The notes under the pieces: model-generated
Told to the model about the DNA's origin: nothing
Database searches by the model: none
What the model saw: the letters and a program-made list of their open reading frames with translations, nothing else
Program-made: the position numbers and the translations under genes
NCBI GenBank assembly: GCA_036566625.1
Contig: DATCWB010000576.1
Span: forward strand, 1 to 58,483
From: Pyrinomonadaceae bacterium
Lineage (GTDB): Bacteria; Acidobacteriota; Blastocatellia; Pyrinomonadales; Pyrinomonadaceae
Length of the DNA stretch: 58,483 nt
Reading direction: 5' to 3'
Shown: positions 1 through 8,100 of the stretch, in pieces
How the letters are laid out: each line of letters starts with the position of its first letter
Position numbering within the stretch: position 1 is the stretch's first letter

Positions 1-150
1 GCAGATTCAGAATGACGACCCGTTCCGAGGTGGAGCGGAATAGCCCGGCCGCCATTAGCAAATGAGCGAGGATGGGGAAGCCGCGCGTTCTCTCACCCGA
101 AGCCCGCGGCAATACGGCGTTTCGCTCTCCCGCCGGCACAGTTATTTATC

Positions 151-162
151 ATCACATGTGAT
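151..162. promoter_or_regulatory. perfect 12-bp palindrome ATCACATGTGAT, candidate operator
   Basis: Read directly: nt 151-162 equals its own reverse complement. It ends 18 nt upstream of the TTGACA at 181-186. Function is not established. Confidence 0.25.
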
Positions 163-180
163 TTCCCCACCATTAAAATC

Positions 181-210
181 TTGACACCTCTGTGCGATGC
201 AAGCTAACTT
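181..210 (+). promoter_or_regulatory. candidate sigma70-type promoter for ORF 315-1070
   Basis: Consensus -35 TTGACA at 181-186. A weak -10 follows: CTAACT at 204-209 (17-nt spacer) or TAACTT at 205-210 (18-nt spacer). It lies about 105 nt upstream of the ATG at 315. Confidence 0.35.
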
Positions 211-303
211 ACCTCCGTTTTTGACCACCGGGTACGCTCGTCCTTTTCCTCGCTAACCATTAACTCGTTACCGGCAATTCTATCCCGAACGTTATTCCAT
301 TTT

Positions 304-308
304 GGAGG
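304..308 (+). promoter_or_regulatory. Shine-Dalgarno GGAGG for ORF 315-1070
   Basis: GGAGG at 304-308, 6 nt before the ATG at 315. Confidence 0.6.
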
Positions 309-314
309 TACAAA

Positions 315-1070
315 ATGCTCCCCGTAATTCTTGGTTTGCTTGGTGCAGCGTCCCCTTTTATTCTCAACCACATAAACGCCGAGAGCGCCAGGCTTGCCGC
401 AGAGGCAGCCCACCGGGAGTCCGAGATTAATAAAGCCAGGGAAATCTTCGATGACGTGAATGGCACGATGGACAAACTGGCTTATCTCAGTAAGGCCGTG
501 ATGTTCAGTATCATTTTTCGTGATCTCAATGAGGCGACTGTGGGTGAACCGCCGGCCATTGCCCCGAATGGCATGATCCAGCCAGGAGCGAGACCTAAAC
601 CGACCAGCAAAGGGCCGACCGGTGAGGATGTGGCGACCTATTGGAGCTACAAAAGCGAATTGATGAAGTGGGAAAGCTCTTCTGCAACTAACTATGCGCA
701 CGTCGAGAGTTACTTCGGAGAGGAGTGCGCCGAGACTTTCAAAACAATTCGAGATGACTTTGAGACGTTAGTCAGACAACTCGACGCGGCTTTTTACAAA
801 AGGAAAACCAGTCTCGACTTTATTGAGGATTTAGAAGTTAAGGGCAAAGTTCCACCTAATGCCACAAACGATTTCCGAACAAAGTATTTCGATATATGGA
901 ATGATTTGCATGCGAATATGATCGCACTCTCCCAGGATATGATCAAGGCAATCCAGCACGGAACAGTTGGCTCGCTTGGATTGCCGGAGACCAATGAAGC
1001 TCAAGCAGAACTAAAACGTCTAAGTCCGCCAAAGAAGAATAAACCCGTCAAACTCGCCGCAACGCGGTAG
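315..1070 (+). CDS. hypothetical protein, 251 aa, N-terminal hydrophobic segment; no family recognised
   Basis: ATG preceded by a strong SD. The N-terminus MLPVILGLLGAASPFIL looks like a signal or TM segment. The rest is charged and helical-looking with a basic tail (PPKKNKPVKLAATR). It is convergent with the cluster, and its 3' half has a noticeably lower GC (about 40% in stretches) than the cluster. Confidence 0.6.
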   Translation: MLPVILGLLGAASPFILNHINAESARLAAEAAHRESEINKAREIFDDVNGTMDKLAYLSKAVMFSIIFRDLNEATVGEPPAIAPNGMIQPGARPKPTSKGPTGEDVATYWSYKSELMKWESSSATNYAHVESYFGEECAETFKTIRDDFETLVRQLDAAFYKRKTSLDFIEDLEVKGKVPPNATNDFRTKYFDIWNDLHANMIALSQDMIKAIQHGTVGSLGLPETNEAQAELKRLSPPKKNKPVKLAATR

Positions 1071-1129
1071 ATCATCCTCATCCACTCAAGTGCGTGTCCT
1101 GCGCGACTGACCGTGGAGTGTCTCTCATT

Positions 1130-2161
1130 CTATGTTCCGGCAGACGCGTTTGTCTCTGCTACTGCCAGATGCAACTGTCTGATCCGTGCAATCACCTCAG
1201 CGATGTGGCTATCATCCGGCTTTTTCGTCCAATGTGAAGATATGTGCGGATCAACGCCGTCCACGGATTCGAAGACCGGCATGAAATGATCGATGATCGA
1301 TTGCGGAAGCTCGCGCATGTGTAGGATCAATAGCCGGATTTCCTTTTTTCCAAACCCCGCCTGTAATGCATGACGCTCGGGCGGGGTCAGGTCTGGATTC
1401 CAAAAGTCGGTAATGAACACAAGCCGGGGCCGGTCGCTGTTGTTAACAGCCTCGTGGTAGAAGGAATCGTCGAACAATAACGCTTTGCCCGCCTGCCATG
1501 TTCGAGATTCCCCTGCGACGCGCAGGAAACAGTCGTCCGGAATATCGAGCGCCAGTTGGCAGCGGACGCGAAAATTATCCGCGCTGTGATGCGCGCGCAC
1601 GATGTATCCGGGGTCGAGCCACGAATAGAAAGCGTCGGCAAAAGGGTAATGACTGAAACCGGCGTAATCATCCACCGGAAGAGTTGACAGCGTGGCGATG
1701 GCTTGTTCGGGAATCGTGCCGGCGGCGTAATAGTCCTGCGGAATCCTGGTTCCAAACGCCGACACGAATCCCTGCCTCCATTTGGATTCCTGAGATTCAT
1801 CGGAACCGGCATAGCTCATGATCATGAACGACGCTCGAAGTTGTATGGCCTCTTCGCGCATACGAGCGTATCCCTGTTCGATCAGCGGAACCCATTCGAA
1901 ATCCGTCGCCTCGGGAAACGGCACGTTGCGAATGCCCGGAAAAAGCGGCAGCACCCAGGGGTCAGGATCGAGGTCGCCGGGCTGATTAACGTCGCGCGAG
2001 TCGGGCTCGTTGCCGCGCAGGATTTCCAGAAAATGTTTGACCCGATCCAACTCCGGCCCGCCGTCAAATATCGACCGCAGGTATCCCCCGGTTTCCATGA
2101 TGCGGGTCATGGCATCCCAAACCATCTTTCGGGAGCGCAGGTCTTCCGAGGTACGCTTCAT
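1130..2161 (-). CDS. aspartyl/asparaginyl beta-hydroxylase (AspH/LpxO, PF05118-like) Fe(II)/2-oxoglutarate oxygenase, 343 aa
   Basis: The C-terminal core YIVRAHHSADNFRVRCQLALDIPDDCFLRVAGESRTWQAGKALLFDDSFYHEAVNNSDRPRLVFITDFWNP matches the family pattern (H..., R.xLxL, W.xGKxLxFDDSxxHEAxN...R..L..D). There is a strong SD (AAGGAG) 6 nt upstream. The gene starts 24 nt downstream of the TE-containing gene on the same strand. Confidence 0.8.
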   Translation of the reverse strand: MKRTSEDLRSRKMVWDAMTRIMETGGYLRSIFDGGPELDRVKHFLEILRGNEPDSRDVNQPGDLDPDPWVLPLFPGIRNVPFPEATDFEWVPLIEQGYARMREEAIQLRASFMIMSYAGSDESQESKWRQGFVSAFGTRIPQDYYAAGTIPEQAIATLSTLPVDDYAGFSHYPFADAFYSWLDPGYIVRAHHSADNFRVRCQLALDIPDDCFLRVAGESRTWQAGKALLFDDSFYHEAVNNSDRPRLVFITDFWNPDLTPPERHALQAGFGKKEIRLLILHMRELPQSIIDHFMPVFESVDGVDPHISSHWTKKPDDSHIAEVIARIRQLHLAVAETNASAGT

Positions 2162-2167
2162 TGGAGG

Positions 2168-2173
2168 CTCCTT
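2168..2173 (-). promoter_or_regulatory. Shine-Dalgarno AAGGAG for the hydroxylase gene
   Basis: Minus-strand AAGGAG (plus-strand ctcctt at 2168-2173), 6 nt before the ATG at 2161. Confidence 0.6.
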
Positions 2174-2185
2174 GGTTTTAAATAG

Positions 2186-5100
2186 CTATTCTGTAGCTTT
2201 CAATTGCTCGGCGAACGTCTGGTTCTCGCGCCTTGCGAGAAGCTTGTTCAGGCCGTCGGCAAGTGCGTTGCAATGGGGTTTGGTCATCATCGTCAAATGG
2301 TCGCCGGGAATGGTTTCGACGTGAACAGCGCCTTGCCCATAGTCGCTCCAACCCCACGTTTCGTCTTTTTTCATTGTCTCAGGGATACCGTCCACGAAGT
2401 CGGCCATCGGTTCCGCCGCACGCAGCAAGACCAGATCGAGAAGCGGATAAGGCGCTTTCGGCCTGTAAAGCATTTGCGCCTGGGTCTTGTAAACGTCCAC
2501 CAGGCCGCGGACTTCGCTTCGGTCTGCATCCGCGGAAATTATCTTTGCGTCAACCAGAGACTGCGCGAACCTTTCGAGCCGGGCAGGCCAGTCAAGACCT
2601 TCCAACGATTCGAGGTTCAGGACAACGGCCTTGCCGAACAAGTGCTGCAGCATATTCGCAACCGCCACAAGCCACTGCATGTCATTTCTCACGGCCAGCG
2701 CGGAGGTGTCTCGCTCTGCGGGCGCGGCGGTATCCAGTATCGCCAACAAAGCGACTTCACGACCCTGCTTCTTCAACTGGTGCGCCATCTCCAACGCCAC
2801 CCAACTGCCGAACGAATGTCCGCCCAGGAAATAAGGCCCCTCTTTCTGCACCTCTAACAGGGCGGTGATGTTCGCGGCGGCCAGTTGCTCAACACTGTCG
2901 AGCGGGCTGGTTCGGCCGTCGAGCCCCGCCGACTGAAAGCCATAAAAGGGGCGGTCATATTTCCCCAATGCCCGCGCCACATCGCGCAAGTAGACCACGC
3001 TGCCACCCGTGCCCGGAACACAGAAAAACGGCCGCTTGCTCCCGTCCGGCTGGATCGGCACCAGCGGCGACCACGCAACGGGCGCAGCATCCTTCCGGTC
3101 GAGCGCGGCGGCGAGCGCACGTATCGTCGGTTCTTTGAGCAAGAGATTGAGAGACGCCCTCTTTCCCAGCGCGTCTTTGATCATCGACATCAAGCGGATG
3201 CCCGTCAGCGAATCACCACCCAGTTCGAAAAAGTCGTCGTCAATACTGATGGACGAAAAGCCGAACAGCTCCTTCCAGAGGTCAACCAGCAAGCGCTCGG
3301 TTGCGCTGCCGGGAACAACAATGCGGCCAGCCCCTTTGGGTCGCGCATGCGAAGTCTTAACGCTCGCCTCACCGGCCGTCCGCCAACCCTGCCGTCGAAC
3401 CCATTGATCATATCGGGAACTCAAATCGCCGGTGGCGATCACAAGTTGACCGGGGGGGGTTCTGGAGAGAACCCTGCGCAGCGCCTCGCGGCTTTCGGCC
3501 GGCGACATCGATAATTCCGTCGCGGAGGTATTATCAAATGACCAGGCGTCCCAGTTAGTCGAACTCCACGGAGCCGCGCCACTTCTGTTTCGCACTGCGG
3601 CAAAGGCGTCCATAAAACGATTGGCCGCACTGTATGCCGTAAAGCCCAGCCCTCCCAACACGGCGGCATTTGAAGAAATCAACAGGCAAAAGTCGAGCGG
3701 CACATCTCGAACAACACGTTCCAGCACACGCAAGCCCTCGACCTTGGGGCGGAACTGCGCCTGCGAAGTCGCTGCGTCTATATCTTCGAGGGCGCAGGTA
3801 AATGACGGATCATCTAATGCGCCCGCCGCGTGTATCACACCGTGCAGGACTCCGAATCGTTGTTGAATCTCAGCCAAAGCAGTACGCATCTCCGCTTCAA
3901 GCGAAACGTCAGCCCGCAATACGAGTATCTCTGCGCCGCGATTTCGTAATGCTATCAGCCGACGAATCTTGACGCTCGTTGCGTCGCTCCCGTCATGCGT
4001 GTCCAGCCACAACTGCCAGTCAGCCGCGTCTGGAAACGACGTGCGACCGAGCAGGCAAAGCCGGGCGCCAACCGTATCAAAAAGCAGTTCGGCGATTTGC
4101 AGTCCTACCCTGCCGAGTCCTCCCGTGATCAGATAAACGCCTCCGTCGCGCAGCTTGCTGTCCGCGTCTTCATCAACCACGAGTTCGACGCGCTCGAAGC
4201 GCGGCACAAAACGGAGTTGCCCGCGATAGGCGACATGCGGGTCGGCCGGGTCGCCTTCGATTTCAGCAAGTAACGCGTCGGCAGAAAACGCCATCACATT
4301 TTCAGTTGACGGCCTCGGAACGTCGATAGTCCTGATTGTCAGGTGCGGGTGCTCCTGTGGAATAACCAGACACGGCCCCAGCAACGTCGCCGTGTCAGGA
4401 CACACATCGCCCTGGCCGAAAACATCGTGCAGCCAGTCGGAGACGACGGCGATTGTGATCGGGTTTTCGAGCGACCGTCTCGTCAGAGCCTGTGCCAGGC
4501 AAACCAGACTTTCGTATCCGCGTCGCCGCGTCTCTTGCGCGTCATCAGTGTCATGGTCGGATCGCAGATTCCAAAGATGCACTATCTTTCTGAAGCCGCT
4601 CGGAGCCGCTTCTGTGATCAGTCGCTCATAATCGCTAACGGCATCCGGCCGCAATGCGAATCGGCGTGCGTCGAAACAAGCGAACTCCGAACTCTCCTCG
4701 ACGCAAACCACACTCTGACCTTCACTATCCAGCCGCTCAATCAAGTCAAGACCCAGTTTGCACCCGTTCGTAAAGATCAACCATGGCGCGCCTGAGCGCT
4801 CGAACCTTCCGGTTGAAATCCGACCGGGCGGCAAGGAAGGACTCCACGTCGGCAGATGGAACCATTGATCCAGAGAAAGCTTTTTCGTCGTGCCGGTCAC
4901 CCGCACAGGAGAATTTTTCAGTGGGTCTACCCAGTGCCGCTGACGCTCGAAGGGGTAGAGCGGCATCGCCACCCGCCGTCGCTGCTGATCGCCGAAATAG
5001 CTGGTCCAGTCAACATCCGCACCCGCGCACCAGAGTTGAGCGAGGGCGTCGGCTATTTGGGTCGCCTCGCTTTGGAGGCCGCTGCTCACCTCTCCACCCG

Positions 5101-8100
5101 GATTGCGTTGTCCGGAAATGGAACTCACTACGACGCGGGACTTGTCGGCAAGCGGTTGCCGCCGGGTGAGCTTCGACAGCGTATCTCCCGGTCCAACCTC
5201 AAGGAACAGTCGATGTGGATCGGAGAGCAACTGACAAATACCGTCGGCGAAGCGAACCGTCTGCCGCAAGTGCTTCACCCAGTAGTCGGGGTCTGTGATG
5301 ACTTCGGATCGAATCCAGGTGCCGCTCACGTTCGAAATAAACGGAATCGCCGGCTGGCCGAACTTAACCTCCCGCAACAACTCGTAAAACCGCGCCGTCA
5401 CGGAATCCATCATCTCCGAATGAAACGCGTGCGAAGTCTTTAGCCGGCGGCAGGCAATGCCGGATTCACCGAGTTGAACTGCATATTCGTCAATGCCTGC
5501 TGGCGACCCTGCAACCACGAATGAATTTGGCGCATTGATCGCGGCGATGGACAAGCCCGTCGGCAGTCGATCCTCAAGTTGCCCTTGCGAGAGAGCGACT
5601 GCCAGCATCGCTCCCTCCGGCTGTTGCCAAATAAGTCTTCCCCGCGCCGCGACCAGCCGCAGCGCAGTAGTTAGATCGAAGACGTTTGCCAGGCAAGCGG
5701 CGACGTACTCCCCGATGCTGTGTCCGATCATCGCACCGGGGCGGATTCCCCAGGACATCCACAGACGGGCGAGCGCATATTCGGTTGCAAATAGCGCCGG
5801 TTGCGTCAGCCACGTCTCGTTCAGGCGTAATGATGCCGTCTCAAAGTCGTTGTTGGCGGGGTAGAGAGCTGCGCGCAAGTCGATACCCAAATCAATCTTA
5901 AGCAAGTCAGCGCAGCGGTCAATCGCCTCTCGATAGACGGGCTCGTCGCGATACAGCTCGCTTCCCATTCCCGCGTACTGTTCACCTTGTCCGGGAAACA
6001 TGAAAACAATGTCGGGCGCGGCCGGCGGAGTCGTTCCCCGACGGAGGCGTTGCGGATGCACCAGCGCGGCGGCAGCATCGGCCGAGTCGCGGCAAACAAA
6101 TGCCGCGCGATGCGGGAGTTGCGCACGGCCTATCGCCTGAGTGTAAGCGGCGTCGGCTATCGAAATATCCTGACCGGCGCGGAAGAACTCAGTCAGGTTT
6201 GAACGTATCTGATCGAGCGCTTCATCCGTGCGGGCGGAAAAGACGATCACTTGAGAGTCACGCGAAGCTGAAGGCGGTTCTTCCACAGGCGACTCTTCGA
6301 CAATCAAATGTGCGTTGGTGCCGCCGAGGCCGAAAGAGCTAACCCCGGCGCGGCGCGGATGCCCGTTGGAGTCCCAGTTGCGCAGACGGTCGTTCACGAA
6401 GAACGGGCTGTTTTGAAAATCGATCTGCGGGTTGGGAGTGTCGAAGTGGATGCTGGGCGGAATCTCACGGTGGCGCAGCGCCAGAATGGTTTTGATGAGG
6501 CCGGTGATACCCGCGGCCGTGTCGAGGTGTCCGATGTTGGACTTCACCGATCCGAGCGCGCAATGTGGCCGGCCGTTTCGGCTCACGCCGAAGGCACGGG
6601 TCAAGGCAGCCACTTCGGCCGGATCGCCCATCGGCGTACCGGTTCCGTGAGCCTCCACGTACGTAATACTCGCGGGATCGATGCCGGCGCACGCCAGCGC
6701 ATCAACGATCACCTGTGATTGACCGTCCACGCCGGGCGCGGTGAAGCCGACCTTCAACGAGCCGTCGTTGTTGATCGCCGAACCTTTGATAACAGCATAG
6801 ACAGTGTCGCCGTCGGCACGCGCCTGTTCGAGCCGCTTCAGGAGCACGACGCCGATCCCGCTGCCCCATGTCGTGCCGTTCGCGCGGGCATCGAATGCAC
6901 GGCAATGGCCGTCGGGCGAAACGATCATGCCTTCGGAATAGAGATATCCCGATTTTTGAGGAACCTTGATCGCCACGCCTCCCGCCATCGCCATATCCGA
7001 TTCACCGGCCAGCAGGCTTTGGCAGGCCATGTGCACCGCCACCAGCGACGATGAGCAGGCGGTTTGGACGTTGACACTGGGGCCTCGCAGATTAAGCAGA
7101 TACGAAGCTCGCGTTGCCAGATAATCACGGTCGTTGCCGAGCAGCACCTGGTAGATGGAATGGGGACTCTGTGCGTAAAGATGGGGCAGTAGATTGAAAA
7201 TCAAGTAGCGAGCGTGACTGCACGCCGCAAAGACGCCGACGGCCTGTTCCCCGACGCCTCCGCCGTATCCTGCATGTTCCAGCACGTGCCATGCGCTTTC
7301 CAGAAAAATCCGGTGCTGTGGATCCATCACCTCCGCTTCGGCAGGGGTAATGCCGAAAAAACCGGCATCAAAGTGTGTGACATCAGAGAGAATTCCATTG
7401 GCGGGAACGTAATTAGGATCGGCGACCAATTCGGGCTCGACACCCGCTTCGATAAGTTCGTCGGTACTGATGAAACTGATGGAATCGCGTCCCTCCCGAA
7501 GGTTTCGCCAGAACGCTCCGAGGTCGTCGGCATCGGGAAATCGCCCGACGACTCCGATCACGGCGATGTCTCTTTGTTGATCGGGCATTGCCGGTCGAGG
7601 ACGACTCTGCGTCACCGTCACCATTTCCCCGGGCGTAATCTTCGCGGCCAGCGCTCGCACAGTCGGGTATTGAAACAACTCGACCAGCGATAAATTCGAC
7701 GCGACAGCGGAGCGCAGCTGCGCGTGCACGCGGGTCATCAACAAGGAGTGCCCGCCGAGGTCAAAAAAGTTGTCGTCGATTCCCACCTGATCGATGTCCA
7801 GGGCTATTTTCCAGATCGCGGCTATTTCCTTCTCGGTCGGGGTGCGAGGCGGCTGATAGACCGCGCGCAGTTCAGGCCGGCTGCGATCCGGGGCGGGCAA
7901 CGCCTTGCGATCCACTTTACCGTTCGGCGTCCGGGGCAACGAATCGAGAAATACGACGGAACTGGGAATCATGAACTCGGGTAGCCTGAGCTTGAGAAAG
8001 GCGCGCAGTTCTTCCGTCGCGGGTGGCGACTTGGTCGTCGGAACTACATAGGCCACCAACTGCTTTTCACGGAGCGCGTCCTCCCGTGCCACGACGACGG

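Noticed and set aside
1-65. Possible 3' end of a plus-strand gene entering the window.
   Set aside because: Each forward frame reaches a stop within about 5-21 codons, which is too short to support any call.
204-701. 165-aa minus-strand ORF overlapping ORF 315-1070.
   Set aside because: It has no SD and an Arg-rich, odd composition. The plus-strand ORF has a strong GGAGG SD and a plausible N-terminal helix.
1071-1129. Possible bidirectional terminator between the convergent genes.
   Set aside because: The only pairing is 5 bp (CACTC 1083-1087 with GAGTG 1116-1120) across a 28-nt loop, with no U-tract. This is not a credible intrinsic terminator.
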